Below, one piece after another: positions 45,060 through 56,891 of a stretch of 64,000 bases of DNA. Every line of letters starts with the position of its first letter. The stretch's first letter is position 1. The notes beneath the pieces are model-generated. The model was not told where the DNA came from. It ran no database searches and worked only from the letters and a program-made list of their open reading frames with translations. The position numbers were made by a program, and so were the translations under genes. This DNA comes from Mantamonas sphyraenae STR306 (taxonomy: Eukaryota; Protista; CRuMs), in NCBI GenBank assembly GCA_026936335.1, contig JAPMXV010000023.1:62001-126000 (forward strand), written 5' to 3'.

Positions 45060-46165
45060 ATGTTTGCGCGAGTCTCTGCCACATCGTCTCGCACGGCGTG
45101 CCGTGCCGTTGTGTTGCAGCGAGGCGACACACGGGCCGTGTCGACGACGGTGTCGTTGGCTACGGCTGCGGCGGACGTCGATCAGGAACGCGCCGAGCTG
45201 CTCGCTCGCCATTCGAGCAAACAGCTTGTCAGGAACGTCACCGACTTCCTCGACGCCCAGTTTGATGCCACCGTCGCACACTCTTTTACAAACACCTACC
45301 GCACCGTGGCAGCGGCCATCATCGAACGGTACGACATGCCCCTGCGCACGCGCAGCACATGCGCAGGTTCTCCCTGCCACCTTTCCGCACCACCACCGCG
45401 CACGCACACCACACCTGACAATCCCATGTGTTGCCCCACCCATCCTCACACCCTTCTGCCACCGTTCCAACTCCACCGCCCCCCTGGTCGCACCACAGAC
45501 CGCCGGTTGTGACACAAGCCGTGCAGGACTGGGAGAAGGACTTTGCCCAACTGCAACAGGCCGCTCGTGAACGCACAGCCAAGCATTATCCGGCCAGCTT
45601 CCTGGAGCGACGTGGTTCGGACATTCCTGCAGCCAACGCAAAGGGCTCCGCCGACGAGGATGCCCTTCAGGTGGACGAGGAGGAGGAAGAAGACGAGTTG
45701 ACACGCTTCCTGGCAAACTTCAAGCCTGCCCCACGTGTCACAGAGCACGACGAGAGTGGCAACGTGCGCACCACAGATCGCCGTCTCGACCAACGTTTGT
45801 ATCTGGTCGTCAAGAAGGACCGCGACGACCACGCATGGCAGTTTCCGCAGGGCGGACTCGAGCCTGAAGACGCCTCTCTCCGTGCCGCCGCCGAACGCGA
45901 GCTGCAGGAAGAGTGTGGCCAGACCATGGATGTCTACTTTGGCAGCAATGCGCCCTGTGGTCATTATGTGTATGCCATGCCTGAAGAAGCCCAGAAGCAA
46001 TACGATGCCGCCGCCGCAAAGGTGTTTTTCTTCTCCGGACAGCTTCTCGGAGGCGATGTCCAGCTCGACACAGACGAAGTTGTCGACTACGCCTGGCTCA
46101 CACGTGATGAGCTCCGTGGCTATCTCTCCAAAGAGCTGTACTCCGTCGCCAGGTGGATGTTGTGA
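45060..46165 (+). CDS. MRPL46: Mitochondrial ribosomal protein mL46 (Nudix-like); exons 45060-45328, 45499-46165
   Basis: MFAR presequence, IER|PPVVT, PRVTEHD...DRRLDQRLYLVVK, WQFPQG, SLRAAAEREL, NAPCG, KVFFF, DYAWLT. Confidence 0.9.
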
Positions 46166-46183
46166 TCAATGGGGTTTCCCCCG

Positions 46184-46216
<33 letters not shown>

Positions 46217-46338
46217 ACCCATCACCCACACACACTCCCATCAGAGAAGAACAAAAAAGCAAACATGGAACGTTTCAGATTGTCGTCGCGTTGACCAGGT
46301 CTGTCCTCTCTTGCGGCCAAAAGAATCACCCCGCCACC

Positions 46339-48411
46339 ATGTCGTCGGCCTGCCGCGTAAGCGGGTGCGACTGCGAAGTGTTCAAAAAGCACATGTGGAA
46401 CAAGAAAAAGTGCAGCGGTTGCTTCCACGAACTCGTCAGCCACGGCGAGGGACCGATGGACAGCGACGATGGTTCGCTGGCAGCCATGCTGGAAGAAGCA
46501 GGCTCACTGCGCATCGGGTATGTGTGCAATGGACACTGCAGCACGCTGCCTCCCCTCCCCACCTCTCACTCACTCACACCACACCACCTCTGTCCCTTTG
46601 TTGGCCACCGTTTGAGCAGGCGAGGACGAGCGCGAGCTGAAACGGTGACGCAGGGCTGCCAAGAGTGCACCTGTACAGGGTACAAACCACACATGTGGAA
46701 GGAAAACACGTGCCGCGTGTGCTTCCATCCGCCCGAGTCGCATGGGTACTCGTACAGCAGCCGTCCCAAGGCCAAGGCCTCCCAGGTGAACAATTCCACC
46801 TCACGGGGCGTCATCTGGGGACGTGGCACAGAACAGGGGGCCAGCAGCACAGAGAACAGCAGCAGCGCACTCAGCAGCGGTCACATGGGTAGCTCCCTGG
46901 CCAACAGGAGGCCGCGTGGCAAGCAGATCACCACCACACAGAAGGATGACGCAGAGAGCGAGGAAAGCGAACAAAAGGGCAAAGGGAAGGCGGATGTGTT
47001 TAGCGGCTCCCGCTCCCGCTTTGCAAACACAGGCGCCTCCACCGCACCCAAACGGTCACGGGTGACCCAGGTGGTGACTGAGGAGGACACCAGTCCACAG
47101 AAGAATGAGGACAGCCAGTTGGAGGAGAGTGAGACTGTGACGATGAGCCAGGAGAGTGAAACGCAGGCACAGGAAGAGAGGGAGGAGGAGGAGGAGCCCA
47201 GCCTCGACGTTCAGACACAGGAGACACAGGTGACACAGGAGACACAAGAGACACAAGAGACAGCGGCACAGGAGACACAAGAAGAGCAAGAGACAGCAAT
47301 GGAGACGGAAGAGGATCCAGAGGTGGTGGCCAAGCGAGCCAAACGGGCGGAAAACAGGAAACGGGTGGTGCAGGAGATCCTGGCCACGGAGAGGCAGTAT
47401 GTGGACCATCTCAACTTTGTGGTGCACCACTTCTACGCACGCATGACTCAGATTGCAGAGCGCAGCGACCTGAATGTGATCTTTTCCAACGTGGAAAACA
47501 TCCTCAACGTGAACGAGTCGTTGCTGGGCGACCTGGCCCACTGTGTGGAGGCAGAGGGCGGCGCAACGTTGTCCCGACTCTTTCTTGAGTTTGCCCCCTT
47601 TCTCAAACTCTACACACAGTATGTGAACAACTACCAGGCGGGCATGGAGCGGCTGACGGCGATGAAGGAGGACAGCAAGAAGTTTCGCAAGGCGATGGAA
47701 GCCATCGAAACGGACCCCAAGTGTGGCGGCAAGAATCTCAGCTCCTACCTCATCATGCCCATCCAACGCATCCCACGGTACGAACTGTTGCTGCGCGACC
47801 TGCTCAAGCAGACCGAGGACGACCACGAGGACCGCGCGGGCCTGGAGGAGGCGCTGCTGCTGGTGCAGGAGGTGGCCACCGCCGTCAACGAAAGCAAACG
47901 ACGCAACGAAAACCTGGCTCGCATTCACGAGGTGCAGGACAAGCTTACGGGCAAGTATGTCACCCTGGTGGATCCGCAGAGGCAGTTTGTACGCGAGGGC
48001 AAGCTCAGGAAACGACCCAAGGCTGGCAAGAGGGGACGCACACACGATCGCTACTTTTTCCTCTTTAACGACCTGCTGGTGTACACTGCACCTCACTCGT
48101 TGAAGGACGGCTACGAGTTCAAGGGCATGATTCCCTTGCACTTGGCCTCGGTCAAGGATGAGGAGGGAAACTGCTTCTCCATCATTGCCCAGGAGACAAG
48201 CATGTACATAGAGGCGGCCGACGAGGATTCCAAACGCGAGTGGTTCTCTGCCATCGAGGACTGCTGCAAGGAAATCCAGCGCAAGATGCTCCATCGCGCC
48301 TCCATGGAGGTCAAGACACGCAGCCTCAATCTCGTCCTCTCTGAACGCAGCGACTCGGTGAGCAGTCTCGATGAGCTCATCCAGAGCAGTGAGCCGAGCA
48401 ACAGTCGGTAG
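46339..48411 (+). CDS. DH-PH RhoGEF (FGD-like) with two N-terminal Cys/His modules; probable in-frame intron 46518-46619
   Basis: EILATERQYV, IFSNVE, FLKLYTQYVNNY, LIMPIQRIPRYELLL; PH motifs FVREG, YFFLFNDLL, EWF. Confidence 0.9.
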   Translation: MSSACRVSGCDCEVFKKHMWNKKKCSGCFHELVSHGEGPMDSDDGSLAAMLEEAGSLRIGYVCNGHCSTLPPLPTSHSLTPHHLCPFVGHRLSRRGRARAETVTQGCQECTCTGYKPHMWKENTCRVCFHPPESHGYSYSSRPKAKASQVNNSTSRGVIWGRGTEQGASSTENSSSALSSGHMGSSLANRRPRGKQITTTQKDDAESEESEQKGKGKADVFSGSRSRFANTGASTAPKRSRVTQVVTEEDTSPQKNEDSQLEESETVTMSQESETQAQEEREEEEEPSLDVQTQETQVTQETQETQETAAQETQEEQETAMETEEDPEVVAKRAKRAENRKRVVQEILATERQYVDHLNFVVHHFYARMTQIAERSDLNVIFSNVENILNVNESLLGDLAHCVEAEGGATLSRLFLEFAPFLKLYTQYVNNYQAGMERLTAMKEDSKKFRKAMEAIETDPKCGGKNLSSYLIMPIQRIPRYELLLRDLLKQTEDDHEDRAGLEEALLLVQEVATAVNESKRRNENLARIHEVQDKLTGKYVTLVDPQRQFVREGKLRKRPKAGKRGRTHDRYFFLFNDLLVYTAPHSLKDGYEFKGMIPLHLASVKDEEGNCFSIIAQETSMYIEAADEDSKREWFSAIEDCCKEIQRKMLHRASMEVKTRSLNLVLSERSDSVSSLDELIQSSEPSNSR

Positions 48412-48449
48412 GGGGGAACAGTGAACGAATAGGACATGTGCAACCAGCA

Positions 48450-51400
48450 TTATGGCGCTTCCTCCTCGTCCACCCCTCCATCATCGTCTTCACCGCCCTC
48501 ATCCTCTGCATCGGCCTGCATCTTTGCCAGCTTCTTGGTCCACTGCTTGACCTTTGCATTGTTGCCCATGCCTGTGTAGCACTCGACCATCATCACCACA
48601 GTGTGCAGCTGGCTTGCATCCAGACCACGCGCCTCCTCCAACATGGCAAGGGCTTCCTCGTACGCATGCATCTGCAGCAACACCTGTGCACACGCCAGAA
48701 GCACACCTGCATCGCGACCCAGCGCCAAACACTGCTCAAATGCCTCGCGTGCCTGTGTGTTCAATCCTGCCTCCGCATACACCACTCCCAGCTGCTGCCA
48801 CAGCACACGTACGTCGGGATGCATCCCCACAGCAGCCTTCAACTCGGCCACGGCCTTGTCCACATCGCCTGCACACTGGTACACACGCGATTGCACAAAT
48901 GCACGCCAGGGTCCTGCTGTAAGCATGTCCACGTGCAACTGTGCCTCGTCGCGTTTGCCCAATCTCGTCAGTGCCTCTGCCAACGCCACTCTGCTCAGCT
49001 CGTGGTCGGCTTTGGCTGCCAACGCACCCTGCAGCGCACGCACGGCTGCCTCTGCTCTGTCCTCAGCAAGGCACGCCACACCAAGCATGTAGCGTGCATG
49101 CACACTGGCAGGAGCAACGTGCACTGCGTGCTGTGCCACCACATGTGCGTCTGTGCTGCCGTACGCTTGCACGGCCTTGTCCATCTCCGCTTCCCATTGC
49201 ATGGCCATGACGGCGTCCAGCGACGGAGCCTCGCGTCCCCGCAGCAGACTCATCCCAGCCAGTGTCAACAGTCGTTCCAACACAGAGTGCCTGCGCCGTT
49301 CCGCCTGTGCATGGCCACTCATCTGTCCATACATGAGCGGGTGCACACTTGCTCCCGTGTGTGTCAACACAGCCGCTTCCATCTCCGCATGGTGCTGAAT
49401 CACTGCACGTCCCACCTGGCCAGTCCACCAGGCAATCGGCTCACCGACTTGTGATTCACTCGCTTGCTCCGCGTCGCCCTCTTCTTCTTCGGCCCCCTTG
49501 CTGTCCCCACGGATCATGGCCAACGCCTGTTCCACCCAGGCGTCCGGCAATGCCAACGCATCACACGCTGCCAGCACCGCGTGCACACAGCCATGTGCCA
49601 GCAGCCATTCGCACGCCTGAGTGCACACCTGTGAGCTGGATTGGCCTACACGGATGCATGCCTCGACCACCTGTTCCCACACTTCCTGCTGCGCCTGCTC
49701 ATCGTCACCCTCTCCCGCGTCCAATGTGTCCAAGGCCATCCCCTTGGCTGTCCACGCCGCCAACGCATCCGACGAGTCCACCAGCTGCATCGCACTCAGC
49801 ACCGCAAAGCGACGTGCCGCCCGTTTGTCCTCCGCAGCATTCTCATCAACACCCTCGGCGTTGTACACCGCGTCCCACGCCTCCAGGGCCTGGTTTACAC
49901 GTCCGTGTGCTTGATGCACCCATGCACGTGCCATCTGTGTTTGCACACTCTCGCTGCCGGCATCGCTTGCCTCCATGGCCGACAAAACCTCGTCGGCTTC
50001 TTCCACACGTCCCAACTTGCTGTACACACGCACGAGATTGCCACGCACAACCCTCATCCACAACTTCTTCCCACCACTGCCACCGCTCGTGGTGCCAAGA
50101 TCGGCCACAGCCTGGCACAGACGGCCCACAGCCACGTCCAGACGGCCACGCACCTCTGCATACAACGCCCGGAAATTGAGGGCATCGACTGCACCTGCTG
50201 TGCCGCGTGCACTTGTGTGCAGGTAGCGATCGATGGCAAAGGCACCCTTGGGCCCCGTGTCACCCGCCAGCAGCAACGCCTTGCCATACCCAAACAGCAA
50301 TTGAGCCTCAAAGCCCGTACCCATCACCAGCGACTGTTTCCAGGCCGCGTACAGCTGCCTCGGACCACTGGCAGAGCCACGTGCCTGCATCAGGAGGGCA
50401 AAGCCGGCCCACACGGGCGCCCGCGTGGGATCCAGAGTGTGTGACGTGCCCAGACAGCGTGCAGCCTCGTCCCACCGCTCCTGCGACAGATGCACAAGTG
50501 CCAAATTGTCCCACAGCGCACAGTTCTTGTTGTCCACCTCGATTCCCTTGCACAGCGCATGCACAGAGGCTTCCACGTCGCTGCGTGCACACACCACCCC
50601 AAGCACATTCCACCACGCCCCACGCCCCGGTTGCAACAACACCGCACGCAACGCCGCACGTGTCGCACGCATGCTGCATGCCTCTGCTCGCTGCAGCAGT
50701 TGCTGTTCATCCTCGCCATCACCCTCGCCTGCGCACGTCGCCACCCGTCGCAGCACACTCGCCTGTCGATGCATTGCCACGCTCACATCCGCCCACGCCT
50801 GGGCCTGACTGTCGTCCAAACGCACCACACGTCCGTACGCGAGTTGCGCCTGGTGCAACAAGGCCACGGTGGCATCCACATCGCTGCCATTGCCACGCAC
50901 AGCTGCCTCTGTGTTGCTCGAGTCCTCTTCCAGACGGAACTGGGACACACACAGCGCCAGCTTGTCCCTGTCCTCACTGGTCACCACGTCGTAGCTCACG
51001 TGTGCAAACACGCTAAAACAATCGCCGCACAGCTTCCACGTCTGAATCAGCCCGGCGCCATCGCCCTGTGCCTCACGCAGGCCACGCAGGACCTCCAACG
51101 CCGTCGTGGCCACCACGGCAGCTTCCTCGTAGCTTGCCATGTCCACCGCCTCCATGGCGGCGTCGAGCAGAGCTTGTGCAAGCGCATGCGATGCCAGTTG
51201 GAACAACACCGGCGAAGGCTGTGCTCCACCCTCCCCAGTGGCCTCGTGCACAGCACACAGCAACACCAGCGCCTCGTCGTACACACGCAACATGTGTGCC
51301 GTGTGCCCCAACATGTACTTGGCCATCATGAGCTCCGGTTCCACCTCCAGTGCCTTGCGGAAGGTCTTGAGCGCAGCAATGTGCTTGCCCAGCGCCACAT

Positions 51401-53741
51401 AACTCTCCCCAAGGGCCACCCAGCAGCTTGCCTCGCGTCCATTCACACGCACCGCATGCTGCAAACTCACACACGCCTCCTCGTGCTCGCCACGTCGCTG
51501 TTGCAACAGTCCCAGACGTTTCCAGGCCCACACACATCGCGGGGCCTCGGCCACAACAGACTCGCACAGCGCCTCTGCCTTGGTCATCTTGCCTGCGGCC
51601 AGGTGGATATCACACAACGCACGGCCAGCCTCCTCCTCACCTGCATCCAGCTTGATGGCTTTGGTGTAGCAACGCAGCGCCTTTGTGCCGTCGCCGTGCA
51701 CTTGTGCGTACACATGACCCAGCTGGGTAAAGTTGGGCGCAAACTCGGGCGCCAGCTTGGCACTGAGCAAGAATTGCTTCTGTGCACCCGATTTGCTGCT
51801 GCGCCATTCACCGCCGGCATGCCACATGGCACATCCCAACGCATACAGGAGGGTGTAGTCTTGATCCTGCAGTTCGACGGCACGCTGCAACGACGCCACT
51901 GCCTGCTCAGCCTGGCCCAGACTGTTCAGCTGCACCCACCCCAGCTGGGCCCACGCGTCGGCGTGCTGCTCATCCATGGCCAGCACCGCCTCCAGATGCT
52001 CCACGCTGAGGGCAGTGTCAAAGTTGGCAATCGACAACAGCGCCATGGCGTAGCGAGAGGCCACGTCGTCGGGTGCATGCTCCACCACAAACTCCAGCGA
52101 TTGGTACGCATGTGTGCGTGCACCTCGCATTGTGTTGACACGCGCACGCAGGCGGTGTACGTCTGCCGACAACCGTCGCAACCCAAACACACTGTGTGCA
52201 TCCATGCCAGCGATGCTCTCCAATGCCTTGTCCAGCGTCGCCAGCGCCTTGTCCCACTGTCCCTGTTCGTAGTGAAGCCTGCCGAGCACCACATGCATCT
52301 CCAGCCACGTGTATCGCATCTCCTCCTGGTACTCACGAATCACCTCGGGCACACTGCCGCTGCCGCCGCTGCTGCTTCCCTGGTCACTGGTGTCCAGATC
52401 CGCTCCAATCGTAATGACTCCCTTGGATCGCGTGGTCGTCACGTATCGCTTCTCCTGCCTCCTTTGGATCTCCTCCTCGCTCATCTTTTGCGCGGCTTCT
52501 GCAACCCGTCGCTCCAACGCACTCAGTTTCTGTTCAAACGACGTCCCACGCTCCATACGTTCGGTGGGGTTGAGGTGTGTGCCAGCCACGCCGACGATGG
52601 CTGTGACGCCTGTGGGTACAAGCTGGTCCACCAACGACTGGACGTCCAGCAGCGCCAGGAGGTCCATCTTGCACTGCAGCAACAGCGACAGGCCGCGGTC
52701 GGGGAACCGTTGGATGAGTTCACGTGTCCACGCGTCCACCTCGCTGTCCTCCAGCGGCGAGCTGTCGTCCTGCGCAAGCAGCAACAGATTCTCTCGCGAA
52801 TACGCACAGAACTGCAATTGGGCATCCAGCTCCTCGCACAACGGCACGTAGTCCTTGCGCAGTGCGTTCCGTTGTTCCTCCGTCGATGCGTTCAGGAGGC
52901 TGCTCACCAGGTGCGTCAGCTGCCGGAACATCAGCTTGTTCGCCCACCACGCAGCTCGACCCTCTGACGCGCCTACTTCCGGCGTCCCCATGGCCACACG
53001 ATACAGTGGAATCAGATGCTGGCTCAGCCTCTGGCCACGCATGCGCTCTGTGTGCAACACCGTGCGTTCCATATCCTGCACCAGCTCGTACAGGCTGTGT
53101 GCTTCGTCGCCTTCGCCCTCCTGGCTCAGTTCGCTCCGCAGCGCCATCCACCGCTGCGCCGCCGCCATTGTTTCGTCAAACCAGCCCTGCTTGCGACACA
53201 GTTGCAACATGCTCCACGCAGTCTCGAGGCTCAGTGCAGGGTGTTCACTTCAATTTTGCGCGCGCGTGCGTGTGTGTGTGAGTGTGTGTGTGAGCTGCCA
53301 AAGTTCCTGATCACTTGCCCACTTGCCCTCCACTCACCTTTTGGCCATGGCCACAATGTGTGATTGGACGTCAAACAACTTGCGTGGTTCGTCCTGTGCC
53401 TCGTACACCTTTTCCAGGCCCAGCCATCCTGTGAGCTTGTCGCCCTCGAGCTCGTTGGCCTTGCGATACAGCTTCTCTGCCTTTGTGTTCCTGCCCAGCT
53501 TGTGCTGTGCCAACGCGCTGTAGATGAGCAGTGCGTACGATTGTTGGATGTGCAGGCCATCTGCAGCCAACGCCTCCAGCGTCTCCCAATCCGACCTGTC
53601 TTTGTCCTCCTTGTCTGCCAGTTGCTTGCACGCCTTGGTCAGCGTCTTCAATCGCTTTTTGTCATCCTTGCTCAATTGCTTCACGTGTCTGCTCGACGAC
53701 GACGATGATGATGATGATGATGACGACGACGAAGATGACAT
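48450..53741 (-). CDS. TTC37: SKI3/TTC37 TPR subunit of the SKI complex; exons 53741-53338, 53247-48450
   Basis: TPR arrays, N-terminal Y.KA....LTGWLGL, central FL.SAKL..FAPNFTQLG..Y..ALRCY.KA..LD, WAWKRLG, LGESY..GKH.AALK.F.KA. About 1730 aa. Confidence 0.82.
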
Positions 53742-53832
53742 GCAAGACCGTGAGTGAATGTGTTGTGTGTGTGTGTGTTTTTGTGTGGTGGAGACCGCGC
53801 ACGCGTGTGGCGACAAGCAAAAACACTCTGCG

Positions 53833-56809
53833 ATGCAACGTGGAAACACATCCGACGCGTTTCGCGACAAAGACAACGTGCTGTCTGGCGTACGGCGCAA
53901 GCAGCTGCAGTTTGGTGGTCCGACCAGCGGTGTGGGCGGCTCCTCGTCCGATCTGCTGCGCTCGCCCGGCCCACTCGCAAACAACAACGGACACTCGGGC
54001 GCTGGCAGCAGCTCCTCCTCTGCTGCATCCTCCTCCAACGCAGGCCAATCCAGCTCTGCCTCTGCATACGGCGGTGCCAGCAGCCACGATGCCGGTGTTC
54101 TCGACGGTGCGGGCCTCAGCAAGGGCGTCCACGGCGCCGTCGGCTCGTCCGCCTCCAGCGTGATGCAGCTTCGCCAGGAGGTCGATGCCCTCAAGGAGGA
54201 AAACTCCTTTCTCAAAGACACAGGTGAGTGACACCACACATGTCCCATGCACCCTCCATCCAATTCCCACAGCCCATCATGTCCTGCACACGCCGTGCGG
54301 GCGCCCGTGACAAGGTGCGCGCCGCGCCCAAATTGCCTTGTCAACGGTAGAAAAATAACATCGACGAGGTGACGAGGAACGAACGACGGGGAGGCACCAC
54401 ACAGCGCGCCACTGACACCACAAGGGGCGGGGGAAATCACCAACAACGTGCATGACCACACGAATGGCACCCTGGACACGTGGCGAACCAGTGAACCGGC
54501 TGAATCGGGAGCTGGGCAACTACCGGGAGAAGTACCCGAATCCGCAGTTTTCCGAGACGCCCGGACTGGGAGAGGACGATCCGTCGCCGGCGTGGCTGAC
54601 AAATGTGCAGCATCTGGCGCCGTTGATTTCTGCGTACGACGAGCGGGTGGCGTATCTGGAGTCGCAGAACCGTGCGTTGCAGGAGGACCTGGCGGAGTTT
54701 GGCAAGGAAATGGAGACGGTGGTGCGGGACAACGCAGAGCTGCGTGCGGAGGCACAACGCAGTTTGGAGGTGGCCATCCGACGTGCGGAGCAGCAGGACG
54801 TGCCTGCTCTGGGCTACTCGGCAGGTGTGAGTGTGGAGGAGTGGGAAGAGACGAATGAGCGCCTGGAGCTGCTTACGGAGGAGAACGACACGCTGTTGCA
54901 GCAACAGACGCTGAACAAGCAGGAAATGGCACGGTTGTTGAGTGAGGTGAGCGAACGGTCGGAGGATTTGGTGCGGATGAATCACGCGTTGCAGGAGGCA
55001 GCGACGGCGGCCAACGAGATGGAAGACCGTGCGTTGCATGCAGAGAACGAACTCAAGCACTGTGCGGCTGCGTTGGACAACGCGTATGCGGAAACGGAAC
55101 GGCTGCGTGAGGAGTTGGCGGCACACAACGAAACGCTGCGTGCGCAGCAGTCGACGATCGACAGCACGAAACGCACGCTGGAGAGTGCCATGACACAGCG
55201 TTCCTCCGCCTACCAGGAATTGCAAAGCACCAGCCAGCGTGAGATGTACCTGCAGCAAACGCTGTCGCGCACCCAACGGGAGCTGGAAGACACGAGGGAG
55301 TTGTACGCGGGCTGCAAGCGTGCGCTGGAGAGCAAGGCCAACGAGTGTGAGGAGGCCTCACGTGCGCTGGAGGCGCTGCAGGAGAACCTTCGCATGGGCG
55401 AACAGAAGCTGGAGGAATTGTACGCGAGCAATGCGGCGACGGTGCGTGCGTGCGAGGAGGCGCAGGTGGAACGGGATCAGGTGATTGCGCGGCGGGAGCA
55501 CGACCAGCGTGAGATCCAACGGTTGACGGAGCGGCTGCGCAGCCAGGCGGCAGAGAGCAACGAGAGGCAGCGGGTGGAGTTGGACAGCGTGCGTGCGGAA
55601 AGCGCCACACAAATCCAGAATCTGGTGAGCAAGATTACCGAGGTGGAGTTGCAGCGTGCGGACGCGGAGAACCAGCGGGAGCGGATGATGCGTGACAAGA
55701 CGGCAGTGGTGAACGAGTTGGAACGGCTGCGCAAGAGCGGACCGGTGGACATTGCGCGTCTCAACGGCGTGATCGACCAGTTGAACAACAAGGTGCGTGC
55801 GTTGGAACGGGAGCGGGACGAGAGCACGCAGGAGGTGGAGACACAGAAGCACGTGTTGCGACGTGCCAAGGCGGCCCACGAAAAGGAGGTTGCGGGTCTC
55901 AAGTCCCAGCTGGCGGACGCCACGCGCCGGCAGCGGCGTCTGCAGGACGAGGCGCAGACGGGCAAGCAGACGCGCATGCGCATGGAAGTGCAATTGGAGG
56001 AGACGCAGCGGGCGTTGGTGCAGACGCGCAAGGAGCGGGAGACGCTGGAGCGACGTCTGAACGCGCAGTTGGATGGGATGGCGAGGCAGTACGAAGCCGA
56101 GGTGCGGGAATTGCAGGACGAGCTGGCGGAGGAGAAGGAGACACACGCACGTGACTCGATGGAGTTGCAGAATCTGTTGGCGGCCCAGTCACGTGTGGGT
56201 GCCAAGCTGAAGGAGGAGAGCAAAACGTTTGCGGCGCGGTTTGAGCGGCTGGTGGCGGATGCCAAGGCGGAGGCGGAACGGTTGGGTGACGCCAACGACC
56301 AGCTGGCGGCCGAGTTGGCGGCGGCGCACGGAGAGCGTGTGCGTGCCCAGGAGCAGGCGAGTGAGATGCGACAGCAGGCGGAGAGGATGCGGATGGTGGT
56401 GCAATCCACGGAACGCAAGGTGCTGGAACTGTCCACCCAGTACAGCTCCGTGGTGTCGCGCGAGGAGGCGGCCAAGGCGGAAAGCAGGACGTTGCAAAAC
56501 CAGCTGGAGAGGATGAAGCTGGACAGGGAGCGTGCCGAGCGCGAACGCGACCAGCTGCGTGCCAAAGTCAACGAGTTTCAGGCCCAGGTGGGCTCCCTCC
56601 AACGCCTCGAACTGTCCCTTCACAAGCAGACCATGAGCATGAAGTCACCCGCAGGTGGCAAGAGCGGCGGCAGTGGTTCCGGTCGTTTGCGAGGCTCCCG
56701 CGGCAGCAGCAGCTCCGCCTCCAAAAGCAGCAAGAAGGTGATGGTGGCCGACGATCGAGCACAGCAGTATTATGGGGGAGGCGATGACGGCGGTGCACAG
56801 AAGGATTGA
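53833..56809 (+). CDS. SCLT1: SCLT1-like centriole distal-appendage coiled-coil protein; exons 53833-54223, 54492-56809
   Basis: Spliced FLKDTVNRLNRELGNY..LAPLISAYD..METVVRDNAEL resembles the remembered SCLT1 N-terminus (FLREQNRRLN..LAPLVTEYD..LENVIKENERL). The rest is coiled coil. Confidence 0.72.
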
Positions 56810-56891
56810 TGGAAGGATGAATGAAGGAAGAGAGAGAGAGAGAGAGACGCGATCGACGCCAACCTTTTTCATTGCATTTGCCGCCCATCCA

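Noticed and set aside
40673-46165. Mitochondrial/redox gene cluster (CISD3, NDUFA13, MAPR, mL46)
   Set aside because: Different pathways interspersed with unrelated genes; explainable by chance in a housekeeping-dense region.
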